From: Chara braunii
Lineage: Eukaryota > Plantae > Charophyceae
DNA: 63,038 nt
Direction of reading: 5' to 3'
Assembly (NCBI GenBank): GCA_003427395.1
Contig: BFEA01000034.1
Span: 2,065,089 to 2,128,126, forward strand
Below the pieces are notes generated by a model. That model was not told the DNA's origin. It saw only the letters and a program-made list of their open reading frames with translations, and did no database searches. Within the stretch, counting starts at the first letter, position 1. Every line of letters begins with the position of its first letter. This document shows positions 23,901-37,139 of the stretch, one piece after another. The translations under genes were made by a program, and so were the position numbers.

Positions 23901-25484
23901 TTCAAGTTTTGCACATTAGGTGAGTAGTGCAGCCAGACCCTAAGAGTGTCACGTGCAGAGACCAGCAGGCCCTAGCTACGTGAGCAACCCATAACTGCTG
24001 AAACACAGACCTGAAGTCTATTCTTGATTATATATTTGGGCAGCTCGAGCTCTGCCTCATATTCACTGCCTGCCTTAATTTTTGTGGGGGGGTCTGCGCT
24101 ACATGGCTGCGAGGACCCTTCAGATAGCCAGCATGGGCCGTCTGAGTCGTGTTAGGGGGATTCCCCCGCCGCCCCCCCCCCCCCCNNNNNNNNNNNNNNN
24201 NNNNNNNNNNNNNNNNNNNNNNNNNNNNNNNNNNNNNNNNNNNNNNNNNNNNNNNNNNNNNNNNNNNNNNNNNNNNNNNNNNNNNNNNNNNNNNNNNNNN
24301 NNNNNNNNNNNNNNNNNNNNNNNNNNNNNNNNNNNNNNNNNNNNNNNNNNNNNNNNNNNNNNNNNNNNNNNNNNNNNNNNNNNNNNNNNNNNNNNNNNNN
24401 NNNNNNNNNNNNNNNNNNNNNNNNNNNNNNNNNNNNNNNNNNNNNNNNNNNNNNNNNNNNNNNNNNNNNNNNNNNNCTCCCCCACCCCGCACAACCACCT
24501 GCGCAAACTCGTCAAACGCGTTCACGCACGTCCAGTGAACACGTATTCACGTCGTTCATACCCTGAAAGTGAAACGCGCGTTCAATGAACGCGCGGTAAC
24601 ACAGTAAGGTAGAGCCTCTTAGACACGCTCTTAGGTAGCCCATGCAGTGTACCACACTTGAGTACTTGGCGGCCTCGAGACCTGCGCGAGACGAGCTACA
24701 GATGATCACGTGCAAGGGACACATTCCTCTGGGAGACGAAGTCCAGGTGACTTCCAAACCGGAGGTACCGTCCGTGGCAGTATCGGGAGTGTGCGCTAAG
24801 GCCGAACGCGCAGCGACAGTGTATTTGGATGGAATGGAAGGTGTGCCTCCTGACAAGTTTTACATTTTAGGGAGTGGGACAGTGGAGACCATTCTCAACG
24901 ACGAGGTAATTCTCCATGCGGTGATTGACAGTGGCAGTGAAGTCGTCATCATAGATGAGGAGTTCGCTGTACGCCTAGGGCTGGACCTCGACAGGTCCTA
25001 CCTATTTGAGATAGAGACAGCTGATGGGAGAAAGCAGAAGATTTTTGGGGTTTGTCAGAAGGCGGCCATTGAGGTCGAATGGTTGCGCGTACTGATGCCT
25101 GTTTTTGCTGTCAGGGATTGCAGCTCAGAGTTACTATTAGGGCGGACGTGGTTGAGCCATGTTCACGCGGTGACTAGAGAGCGACCGGACGGAAGCCAGA
25201 TGCTATCCATCAAGCGTCCGGATGGTCGACGAATTTTGATAGAGACAGTTGAGTCTCGTGATTCGAGAAACAAAGCGATTCTGGCAGCAGGTGGTCGCAA
25301 GCCAGTCACGCTCGGAAGTCGCTCGTTGAACTTTCGCGAAAAGAAGTATGGGTCCTTGCTCACAGAAGAAGGGGGATGCATAGTAGAGGTCGAGGACTTA
25401 GGCAATCGAGTCCTTGTGGGAGGGAACTCCTATCCTAAGGCTAAAGATGAGGAATTCGGAGGTATAATCTCTGTGTCTTTTTAA
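20964..25484 (+). pseudogene. gag: Gag-protease of element B (in-frame stops; interrupted by the insert at 23143-24607)
   Basis: All pieces are in one frame. Capsid-like region (FKGYSITKYLEKWE; QGKDESVRAF), zinc knuckle CIYCRADDHVKRDC at ~22704-22745, protease motifs AVIDSGSE and LLLGRTWL. Confidence 0.9.
23143..24607. mobile_element. Non-coding foldback/MITE-like insertion with 5-bp target duplication GGTAG
   Basis: GGTAG at 23138-23142 and 24608-24612. Removing the insert restores the reading DIDTV-EPLRH. Internal inverted arms at ~23395-23712 and ~23857-24185. Contains an N gap. Confidence 0.8.
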
Positions 25485-28400
25485 GGGCGCAGCCCCCTAC
25501 GGGGGGCGACCAAAGAAACACAAAACAGTAGCTCAGAAGGTTAAGACGGTTGCGGTGGCCCGAGAGCGATTCACACTAGATGGGGTATCTGAAGAAGAGA
25601 TCGCTAGAAAAATTAAAGAGAGGAAGAAGAAGGAGCCGCAACGGTTGACAAAAGAAAGGATAGCGGAGATGGATATAGGAGATGGAAACTTGACCGAACA
25701 AGAGAAGGGGCGCGCGCTAGAAGTACTTAAGACCTGCGACAAGGCCATAGTTTTTAGTGACGCGAAAAGAGGGAGAATTGATCCTAGGTATGCCAAGCCT
25801 GGCAGGATCTACACGATCCCGCATACTCCATGGAATGATGCCGGGTGGAAGTTTGCTCAGAAAGAGAAGGAGGAAGTAATTGTCTTTCTCAAAGAAAAAA
25901 TGGCGTCACATATGGCTGAGTCATCTGATAGCGCGTACGCGAATAGGTGGTTCTTCTTAAGGAAGCCTAATGGGAAGATCTGATGGATTCATGACCTTCA
26001 GAAGGTTAATGCAGTTACAATTCGAGACGTGGGCTCCATACCACATGCTGATCTGTTAGCGAAAGGAGAGACGGGCATATCTATTTACTCTGTCTGCGAT
26101 CTATTTTCACGCTATGATGAGATACCCCTAGATCCTAGGGATAGACATCTCACGACCATGCACGCGCTGCTCGGCTTAGTGCAGATGATGGTCGTGCCCA
26201 TGGGATGGACCAATGGAGTCGCGGTTTTCCAGATAGCTATGGTAGTTATTCTAAAAAGGACTTCATTCCTGATAAAGTTGAAGTATTTCTGGACGACTTC
26301 CCGATTAAAGGATGAGACACAGGTTGCTCCTGGTGTCAGGAGATTCGTAGAGCAGCACCTAACGGACATCTACGCGGTTCTAGAACAGCTAGATGAAGCT
26401 AACTTGATGGTCAGCGAGACAAAGAGTCGGTGGGTTGTATCGACAATTAAGATTCTAGGGTTTATATGCGATTCAAGGGGTCGTCGAGCGGACCCGGGAA
26501 AGTTAGAGAACTCCTGAACTGACCGACTCCATTGGATAGCGCTACTGAAGTCCGCAAATTCTTAGGAGTTGTAGGCTACTGGAGGATTTTCATACGTGGA
26601 TACGCGGAGAAGACAGAACCTTTGCGAACTCTCCTTAGGAAGACGGAGCGGTGTTACTGGGATTCTCCCCAAGAGCTTGAAGTACAAACCCTCAAAGAAG
26701 AGTTTAAAGAAGGGGGATGAATCCTAGGCGTGCCATTTTTCGAGGACGAGACCAACAAGCCATTCATAGTGTCTACGGATGTTGGGCCGTGTTCGGCTGG
26801 AGGGCTGCTTGGTCAAAAGGACACCGACGGCAAGGAGAGCCTAAGCAGGTTTTACTCTACACAACCGGCAAGCCACTCACTTTGCGTCTACTTTCAATTC
26901 TAATTTGCTGGCCGCTAAAATTCGAGAGTCGTACGCTCAACACCGCTGAACGCAACTACAGTCAGTTTAAGAAGGAGGTGTTAGTTGTTCTACGGTGTTT
27001 AGACGCCTTTAGACACTACATATACGGGAGACGATTCGTTCCACGGGTAGATCCTACAGCTGTGGCGTCAGTTTTACAGAAGGAATTCAGTCTGGCGGAT
27101 CCCACAATTGCGCGATGGCTGATTAGGATCTGACTCTACGATTATACTGTAGAGAGGATCTCGGGAACGAAGAATGCGGTTGCTGATGGACTTTCACGGA
27201 TTCCGATCGAGTCGGAGCGACCAATAGCGGCAGTTGCACTAACTATGACTAAACATAGACGAACAAATCGCTTCCTGGTTAACCTCTATGAAGGGAAGTA
27301 CCGGGCCATAGGACTGCATCTGTCATGAGAGGAGAGTTCTGATCCGGAGATTAGGAGACATGTGGCACAGTACTGCCTTCGATCTGACCATTTATTCCGC
27401 CGACCTACGGGATCAGGAATGCCATTACGAGTAATCTGTGACCCCGAGGAGAAGCAGTCCATAGTGGCAGAACTACATGATGGTGTGGTTAGCGGGCATA
27501 GAGGAGTTAAAGGGACATATGAGAAGGTTCGCCGATTATACTGGTGGGAAGGACAGTATAAAGACGCCGAGAAGTATTGTGTCACGTGTGAGGAATGTCA
27601 GAAGGAGTCCCTTGTCAGGTACAAGGAACCGTGTCATCCTTCTTATCCTACTAGACAAGGCGAGAAAGTACATATTGACCTGGTAAAGATGTCGAAGGGT
27701 GTAGGGAATATGAATTATGTAGTGAACATCAGAGACGATTTCACTGGGTTTGTCGACGGCAAGCCTATCAGAACGAAGGTCGCTAAAGAAGTTAAGAACT
27801 TTGTTCTGGAATATTTGTCTAAATACGGGTGTGTCAGTAAGATTGTGATGGACAGAGGGGCGGAGTTCCTGGCAGACGAGGTGCAGAGTGTGTTCAAGAA
27901 AGCGGGAGCGATAGTATCGATAGCTACCGTCTATCACCCTCAATCCAACGCACCTGTAGAACGAGGTCATCAATCATTGATAGCGTCCTATCGAAGTGGT
28001 GTAGAGGTAAAGATAGTGACTGGTCAAAATATTTTCGATATGCGATATGGGGAGATAACGTAACAGTCCGAGCTAGCACAGGATACCCGCCTTACACTCT
28101 GTGGTTTGGGAGGCATTGCCCTCTGCCCATAGAGTTTCATGTCAATAGTTGGACTACAGTTGATTGGGCGGATAGTATGTCGCGAGAGGAGCTTCTGGAA
28201 GCTAGGACTAGTCAGATAGCCTACGGATTAGAGGACAACCTCATGACCGCTGTCAATCGACTGGCGGTGGAAAGGGAGAAAGGCAAGGTGAGATGGGATA
28301 AAGATATCAGAGTTAGAAAGGAAAAGATTAGAGTCGGCGACATGGTGCTTCTCTATCACGCTACATTGGAAAGGACATGGTCAGGGAAGCTGGCTAATAG

Positions 28401-28560
28401 ATGGATGGGTCCCTACCACGTAGTTGCTGCACTCAATTGGGGAGCATATATGATTGCTGAGCTAGATGGGTCGGAGTGAAAGGATCCTGTGGCAGGGGCA
28501 AGGCTGAAGTTGTTTAGGCCAAGGGAAACTCCTGCTCCTGCCCTGAGACTATCAGATCCT
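25480..28560 (+). pseudogene. pol: Pol of element B: RT, RNase H, integrase (stops and frameshifts)
   Basis: RT motifs PMGWTNG and VFLDDF (frameshifted), FLGVVGYWRIFI. RH motifs ERNYSQFKKE and NAVADGLSR. IN motifs HDGVVSGH..CEEC, HIDL, DRGAEF, HPQSNAPVERGH and WMGPY. Confidence 0.93.
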
Positions 28561-29034
28561 AAGGGTAAGGGGAAAGTGAAGGTGACGAATGACGGACCCT
28601 CGAGGCGATTTGAGGTGGGTGAGAGTTCGAAAAGAGGAAGAGAGTGCAGACCAGGAAAGTGAAGGGCTTGACGCTAGGTAAGAAAAGGAAATGGCTTTTT
28701 GTGCTATGAAGGCCTAAGACGGGGTGGAGCATCTGTTGCACAGCCACTCCAACTAAGAAAGAAGCGAAGGAACATTCTTGGAGCATCTGTTGCACGGCCA
28801 CTCCAACTAAGAAAGAAGCGAAGAAACATTCTTATATCAAAGCCCAAACGACCACGACGTAAGAAAGGAAAGAAACATCCTCTCAGTCCTAGAGTCTCAG
28901 AAAAACCCAAGCGCCATACAGACAAACGGAAACATAAGAGTCGCGCGCGTGTGGTCAGTCTAAATCTTATACGATTTGCCTGATTATGAAAGTGCAGGCT
29001 CGACGGGGGCGTCGAGAGGAGGTCCGGGCTTGTT

Positions 29035-32000
29035 TGTCGGGCGGCCGAATGTCAGTCGACCACCCGAAATCCGATGGATTACACCTTAGATTGTCTGCCT
29101 AGAGAGGGATTGACCGGGACGTTCGTCCGAACCGTAAGGAAAAATTAGGGGTCGGGGAGAGACCCCTAATATTCTCTATGTCGGCTATTGAAACTGACTC
29201 TTGAAATTAACGTGATGAACAGGCGCGCCTACCGCGCCTAGCGCCTACCCTTTTCCCTTCGATCCGAGGTTGTTCGCGATGCGGTCGGCCTCGGAGTCGG
29301 GACGTGGTGCTAGGGCTCGGCGCGCCCCTTTTACACTAGCCAATTGATGAGGGAATGAACCCTCAAAATTTCATTAACTCTACTGACAAATTTAAAATTG
29401 CGAAAAAGAATTAAAAATAATAAAAGGAAAGAAAGTAAATGAATATTCGTTATTTTATTAAATTTCGTCAAAATTTATCCTTGATGAAATTATTCGCAAA
29501 TTTCTTCGATTCCAGTGACGGGGTTAAAAATAAGAAAAATAATTAAAAATGGTAAAAAGGGACGAAACTAACGATTTTTTTATTTATTTAATTAGAGTCT
29601 ATGAAATTCCATTCTCACGGATTTTTGTCAAAACTACCCATTTAATCCCTTTCATTGGTTTGATCCGATTCTTGCTAATTTTCTTATGTTCCGCCAACGT
29701 TCCCTGATTTTCCTGGTTTTCTTGACTTTCCTGATATTACCTGATATTCTTGATTATTACCCTCCCTATCAACTAGAGTATTCCTTTTGGGTGAGTGAGG
29801 TCCTTGTTCCACGAACTTTGGTGACGGCGGATGGATCAGCGAGGCGGGGTTTTTGGGGTTACAGCAACATTCTCGGTTTGGCGCTGCGATTGGTACTTCT
29901 ACAAGGCGGCCGCCGGACTCTATTATGGTGGTATGGATGGTGGTTTGGGATAAGCACGTCACTCTGGTTCGGGGCAGGTTCGGTACTATCACAGCGCATC
30001 GAAACGGTACGGTGCTCTGTACTACTGGTACGGCGGCTCGGTACAAGTCGGGACGCTGGGTTGAAACAAACATGGTACACAGGTTTGGGCACGCCACGGT
30101 ACGCTGGTTCAGGTCAGGTGCGGTATGGTTATTGGGACAACGTTGGTACAGGCTACTACTGTTCGGTGTTGATACGATCGGTGCGACCATTGGGGCAGCG
30201 ACGTGAAGACACTGGTTTCAATTGACGTGATTACCGGTCCGGTGCTGGCATGGTGTCGAGACAACATACTGCAGTTCCATCCTGTTATTTTATGACCGGG
30301 GCTGGTACCGTCACGCTATGGGCACTTACACGGATCTGGGAAGGAATATTACAGTCTCCACTTGTCACTTTGCTAGGGTCTTTGCTCTCGCACTGGTATT
30401 GTACACGTGCTCCTCGGCGTGACGTTCTGCATAGACCCGATATGATTGTAGGATCGGCACCGACGAGGACCCGGTCGGATCCTATTTCTCAGGCTCTGTA
30501 ATCGGCACGGTACTGAAACAACGTACTATGGCTCGACTTCATAGGTCTGACACTATCATGAATGAGACGACGATTGGTGTGCGCGGTTCAACTCTGTTAT
30601 TTCCTTTATGGTGCTAGGACTGGGATCGTGGCATTGGTGGCCGCAGCTGGTACTGTTGTGTCTGTGGCGACCCTGCAACCCTGGTACTCGAGCGGAGACC
30701 GCCTTAGGGGCCCACAGCCTTCGGTGTCGTGGGAATTTAGACCGGGCGTCGACGGTAAGCACATCCGGCAAATGCAACCAAGGGAACTGGTACCATTGGT
30801 ACCGGTGCGCTGTCCCGTGTCGTCTGAGTTATTCAAGGGAACGCGGGAGTCGAGACTTATGGGATGTCGTTGAGGAATAAAAGGGGGGAATTCATAGTGG
30901 CGAGGGGGACAGTGAGCCTGGCGTCCGCAGCCCACTTGCGCAAAGCCCAGTTGAGGTACAGCGGGCACTGGACGCGGGGCTCGGGCATGGAGGAGGCGAC
31001 TATTGGGGGAGACTTCTTTGAGGCGCGCATGGCGTACCCAGCCCACCTCCTCGTCGGGGTGAGGTCAGCGTGAGAACCTGCCGAGGCGCTCCCTATGTGC
31101 GAGTGGAGCGCCAGACGTACATCTGCCAAGTATGGCTGATTCACATTGAAGGTGAGTTGCAGTTTGCCGGATTCAGGGGGCGAGGACGTGAGAGTTTTGC
31201 TCACCCGGGCTGGCGGATGAATGGGCAACCAGCATGAGCTGGATAAGAGGGATTGAGCGGTAACCAAGAAACATGGATCCAGCGAAGAAAGGAGAGGCAT
31301 TTAATTGCGCACTGTGTACCCAGCGAGGGAGCGCGTGATCAGTCACGCGGACAACGGTTTTCTCACGAGCGGCGTGACCCCGCCATATCTCTTTGGAGAC
31401 GAACTGTGGGTTGACGGGATAGAGTGACCAACCAGACTCAAGTGATCTGTCAATCAAGCGATCCCGCCGGTAGCAGCTTCACTCTGTGAACCATCAATCA
31501 AGCGGTTCCGCTGCTAGCGGGAACAACCCTTTTCAGCGATCTGGTTATCAGTGATCCGCTTTTGAGTGATTTGTCAGCGGGCTATCGTTACCAATCTGGC
31601 AGCGAAAGAGGTAAGGGCGGGAAACTCAGACTCAAGCGTAAGTCGGGATATCGTATCCGGGGTGAGCAGGTCAGCGCTTACGACCGTGCCGTTTAATTTT
31701 ATTTTATTGTGATCCCAATTACAAACAACTGTTGGCGAAAGGTGGGGGGGAAAGCGAGCTTGTGCACAGAGAAGGGGAGAAGCGAACAACTTGGAGGGAG
31801 AGAGGCAGGCGAGATAATTATATATATACGTATACGCAGATATACGTGCGCACTTATATATATATATGTATAACTTGATTTGAAAAGCAAAATTCGTCTA
31901 AGAAACATCGCTTCAATGAACTCACCAGATCTTGGTCATGTTTAGATGCGAAGATTGATTTATTACGAGGGGGATGTTTGAAAGGCACTGTCTGACGAGC

Positions 32001-32869
32001 GAGCCCTTATAGTGAGAGGTGGAGACGAACTGCTTGGATTTGTGCAGAAGAAGCCAGGAACATCTGTGGCACAGTGACCACCATAAAGAGGGACCCTGTT
32101 TATGACTCTCAACCCTGATCTTAGGGTGGGGGGGGGGGTTGTGAATAAGATATTTAGAGACATTCTGTATAAACATTGACGGAAGACTTGATGGCTTCCA
32201 CCGAACGAAACGGCTTTGTCAACCGGTGCATCCCGAACTAGTGGGAGAGCGATCTTCTATCTCTGCCCGAGAAAGGGAATCGTTGTCTGTTTTATGAGTT
32301 TGAAGTGCGGGCGTTTAATCTTACTCATTTATCCTCACTGTTCATACTAAACGAATATATTAAATCTGGCGGGCTTGTGTATGCAGTCAATTCTCAGTGG
32401 CCAAGGGTAAAGCTGAGGGTGTGCTTATGAGAGAGTGAGAGGTTAAAGGGAAGGGAAGGATACAACGCGAAGTGTCGGTTACCTGCTCATGCTCTTTTGA
32501 TTCGATACTCTCCCTTGCTTCTCTTGTTTTATTTATATTTCCGTCTCTTGGTTAACTATACCCAGGCCTATTGTGTTAATTTCCCCTTGCCATAAACCCT
32601 CCCCTGCCGAACTGCAACAGAAAGGGTCATCATAGTTTTCGAACCCCCTGCTGAAAGCAATCAATTATGACTAAAAAACAAAAATTACATAAAATTACTC
32701 TATCGGAAACAAAGGACGACGGATCGGTTCCGACGCGTGTGTGGCAGGCAAAGTGGACATTCAACCCTGCTGATCGCCGAGGACCTCGGAAGCGGGCGTG
32801 GCGAGTGACAGGCGTCGTTGCCCTTGGCTTCGACGAACAGTAGGCGGCCCCTCCTCGGGTTTCCTCACA
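29035..32869 (+). mobile_element. Full-length LTR B (~3.8 kb), probably a recombinant of two copies
   Basis: TGT...ACA ends. The first 1.1 kb matches the reverse complement of 43423-44514 and the remainder matches 9096-12056. Followed by ACGA. Confidence 0.85.
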
Positions 32870-34400
32870 ACGAGCTATTTCGGAATCATACAACACCTCT
32901 TCACCTCCTCTCATTGTGGCGCCAGATCTTTGTGACCAAACCAGTGCTGTGTTTTGAGTGACATACACTTCTTTCTTCGGGTAGATCCTTAAACCCCTAA
33001 ACCCTTGCTCCTCTCCCTGGTGTCTGATACCCTAGCAATATTTTTTCCACTTTCCTTTCTTAATTTCTTCAATCTCTCCCATACTATTCCAAATCCACCA
33101 AGCAGTTTGATTGGGGAAGGGAGGGATCAGAGAATTCTTCGTTGCGTCTCATCGGGATTGCTGTATCGATCTTAGTCCACTCATGAAAAAGCAGAAGGTA
33201 GTCCCTCACGAGATCCTTTTATCAGGGAATTCATCGTTGGGTCTCATCGGGATTGTTGTATTGATCTTAGTCCACTCATGAAAAAGGAGTCGGTAGTTCC
33301 TCACTAGATCCTTTCTCCCTTGTTCCTCCCTGGGTCCTTTTGTCCCCCTTTCCATTCCACTTTTCCAATCCTCCCGTTGTCGCCTCCAAGCCAGGTCAGG
33401 CTAAATTCCTTGATTTTTTTGTTGGATATGTTTTTGTGAATGTAGTAATTGGATCTGAGCCTTAAACTTCTCAGAGGGTCCATAGTATTTCTGTTTGGAT
33501 CTGTTGTTGTATGCTTTCCGTTAATTCTGGTCCTTCCAGTTTTGCTCTTTCCATCTCGTATGTGCAGCGTCGTTGCCAGAGGGCCTAGAGTACCGCCCGA
33601 CGTCCCAGTTTGAACATACTGCTGGTGAAATCATCTAGTTGGTCCTTAGGCCAGGTTTCGCACAGCAAGGCTTTCCAGTCCCACGGCCACTAGATCTGAC
33701 TTTCTAGTTGTTCCCCGATTCTATCGCCTCCAACCACTCTAAGACCGGATTATTGGAAAATTCATGTTCCAACTGCCTTTGCACTATGTTATGCAATCCT
33801 TCTGACAGGTTATCAAACTGGACCCAGAAATGATCTTTGAGCATCACCTGTCGATGGCGGGATGCCTCCCCCTGAGGTGCCCCTGGAGGTTTCCAAGGGT
33901 GTATAGTGACAACAGACCCTTTGCAGCTGAGGGATTCCAAGGACACAAGGTACCGTGCATAGGATTCTTCCACACATAACGAGTCAAATGCGGGGATGCA
34001 GCCATTCGGGTAGCATGCTTTATGTTCTAGACAGTAAGTTTGGCAAAGGTCTTATGAAGTGGGGGATGGGCAGCCTTCTGGATGGTAGTGTCTAAAGCCA
34101 ACACTCTCCCACGCACCACATCATTCGCACACACACTCACACCCGTGTTGGCTGAAGACCTTACTGATACCGACTGGGAGGATCCAATTGACTATCTCAG
34201 TTGGTTGGCACCAAGAGTGCCACAGGCGACTCTGGGGATTGACCCAACAACCTCCTGAATGCCACTTGTGTGCCTAACCAATTGAGCTAGGCCGCTGGAT
34301 GGAGCCCAGATTCTTCGATTGCAGGAGGGGGAATAAAAAAAAAGAAACGATTAGCAAGCTCCTAAGGGTTGTGCCACCCCACACGCGGCCAGGAAAAAAA
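32870..34400 (-). mobile_element. 5' part of a decayed LINE-like element (continues at 44515 +)
   Basis: Minus-strand ORF remnants, for example 33704-33973. The reading frame ..YDSEIAR joins the sequence at 44515 through the shared TCGT. The outer boundary is approximate. Confidence 0.5.
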
Positions 34401-34532
34401 GCATTTCAAGCTCTAAACTACTAGCAGTGTATCTACCTATGTTATACCAGAAGATTCATGCTCATGTTGCACATTTGTTCAGTAGTGGAGCAGAGCCCTC
34501 GATCTCCACAGCTCTCGTGGCAAAGGTAAGTA

Positions 34533-37139
34533 TGTGACGCCCAACCTCACACCCAGCGCGACTTCCTGATCGGAGTGGGACGGGGCCCCGAAAGTGCGAA
34601 GAAGGGGGTGTGCCAAGGATTTTAGGAAAGTGGGGGTGGAGTCTCAGGTCGGAACTGGGATCTCCTGTGGCAAGTTTCAGGGGTAAAAGCACGAGAGGGG
34701 ATATGCAGATCATGCCTTGGCGCTTTAAGCCTTATGAGAAGGAAGGTAGACCACCTCTCGTGATTTATGCATAGCGGGAAAACTGCAGATGTCGTGCAGC
34801 GTAGGGTCGATGGCATGTGCAGTACATCCAAACCAAAGTTCCCGGGGTACTCTTCTACGACCCCAGCGTCGACAAATCTAAACACTCTTGCATTCTCGAA
34901 CAAAATCCCCATAACATTGCCCCTGCCAACGAACCGCAATTTCATCAGCTTTAAACCCCAAAATGGAAATCACCATCGATTTTGGTTTCGCCTTCGGGGT
35001 TGATTGCGAGGTTCGGCCAGTTGTCGGCGCCGCTTGTAACAGGCTTCGGATTCTGCCGAGGCGGGCCGTAAATGGAGGTTGTCCATTCGACGCTCAGCCT
35101 CGGTTCGAGTCTGTCGGGTAGTTCCCGAGGCCCGGCGCGCCGGTAATGCCGGCAACCCTCGCACGGCGAGTTGGGCCAATAGCGAGCTATGGAATTCCAC
35201 GGAACCACTGGTCCACTGTGAGTTGGTGATAGGGGAGGAGAAGATGGAAGGGAGGTGATAACGACTAAACCCGGGAATATGTAGTATTGAGTATTGTTCG
35301 TATCGGGGTAGTCTGGGCCTCTAGGATTGCTTGTTATAGCCGAGTGGAAATCCCCCGCGCATAGTCGGTCGTGCTCCGTCAGACAGGGGAATTCAGGATA
35401 TCTTAAGTTTCTCCGTAGTCTACGTTGTTCGCCTTCCCAATACTCACGATATTCCAGGTCCCTCAGTTTTTCGTAGTCGGATGTCCAGGAGGGAGATCTC
35501 GCAGCCATGTCCGTCTAGTAAGCCGATTCCCCCGCATCCTTACACGGGGTTAAGGTTGATTCACGCGGACGAGCGCGTACGTGGCGACTCGGCTTTCTCG
35601 AGATCGCGATCGTGCGCGCGCATACACGTAAGGAACAACCGATTGATTCTGGTTACGTTCAGCACAAGTGCAACTATCCTACCAATCACTACATGCCATA
35701 CATGTGACGAAGAAGGACGATCAACTCATCACAGCACTTCCGAGCGTTAACGACGAGACCCCAAGAAATCAAGACGACCATTTTCAATCAGTTCTGAGCC
35801 TATAGCTCCTACAAATGAACATTGGTTAGAGACGAAATAGACATCGCAAAACAGAGCTAGAAATCCAAAAAGATAACTAATAAAAAATATATATATTTCA
35901 TTTCATGCAATGCATATCGAATAAAATCACAGGAAAATCCGAGACGATGTACAAGCGAAGTTCAAAAGAGGAGGGCCGTGATAACAAAATCGGCCATACC
36001 ATGATCCAAAATTGTACAGATGAACAGGGGAAGACGGAGACAACAAAAAAAAACTTTATCACGTACCCACACAACCTCTCTCTCTCTCTCTCTCTGTCTC
36101 TCTCTGTTCTCGATACCGGCAGTCCGTCGCCGCGTATCAACGCAGAGTTGCCATCCCGCTTGGTTCAAGCATGCAAGCCAGGTTCGCCCGTGCGCCACAG
36201 TCCGTCGCGGCCCCGCACGTCAACCCCGCATACCCGACACCAACTCGTCGGATCGCCCAACTCTCACACTCACTTACCTTCCAAACTTGCTCATTAGCCG
36301 ACCCTCACTGATCGTGCTAACCTCGAAACTCTTAGAGAGACAACTAATCGTGCTTGCAAAATTTATAGCGTGCACGCTTGAGCGAGGGATACGGGATTAG
36401 CCCTAAGTGATGAGAAGGAAAAAAGAGGAAGTGCCTACGTCTGCATGTCTGGGCCGCGGCGCAGGGGACTGAGCCACTCTCCCCGTATCGATCCCCTCAT
36501 GCAGGCATAGGAACCAATCAGGTCAGGGAAGAAGGTGTGCATGCATGGGCGAGCACAAGGTGGGAAGAGGGAAGAACACGAAGGACATCAAGAACGAGAA
36601 GATTACGGTTGCAATTACACCCGCCAAAACTTTTACAGTTACGTGCAATATTAAGGCGCAAAAAGAAATCAGAACCCAGATCTTGTCACGGCAAGGCGTG
36701 CGTAAGTAGGGAGCGCCGCGCAGCAAAATCCTGAAGGCCCCTAAATTCCTATCTTAAGTCCTAATTACAAAGGAAATATTCCGAAGAAAAACAATTATGT
36801 GAGCCCGTGGATGCTCGAAACCAGTTGAAAATTCAAAAACGATATTCCCGCGCGATGATCGTCCCAAAATCCCCAGTGCCCACAGCAGAACAAGAAAGAA
36901 AAAGCTCTGGTACAGTTATTCTTCGCGCTCGCTAAGGCGCGATTCTCCAACCATTGGCACGGGATCTTCCCAACACCGATCCGACATTCTCAGCAGAAAA
37001 AAACGAAAAAGAAACGACGACATCCATGCCAATTGCTCGCCCGACCCGTCTACCCACTGCTCACCCCTTCGACCCATCGTATTTCCCCAAAACAGCTTCG
37101 CGCAAAAAATCGCGAGGTTTCAGAAAGTGGTTCGTCACA
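34533..37139 (-). mobile_element. LTR A2 (3' LTR of element A, now inverted)
   Basis: TGTGACG...CGTCACA terminal inverted repeats. Homologous to 6238-8935. The outer flank reads TACT on the minus strand. Confidence 0.85.

Larger units (their letters stand above)
9096..30137 (+). mobile_element. Element B: large Ty3/Gypsy LTR retrotransposon with 5' accessory ORF array, degenerate
   Basis: Order is LTR, PBS, ~9 kb leader, gag, zinc knuckle, PR, RT, RH, IN, LTR. This is the Gypsy domain order. Confidence 0.9.

Noticed and set aside
24028-24588. ORFs across N runs (also 49234-50100)
   Set aside because: Artefacts of assembly gaps.
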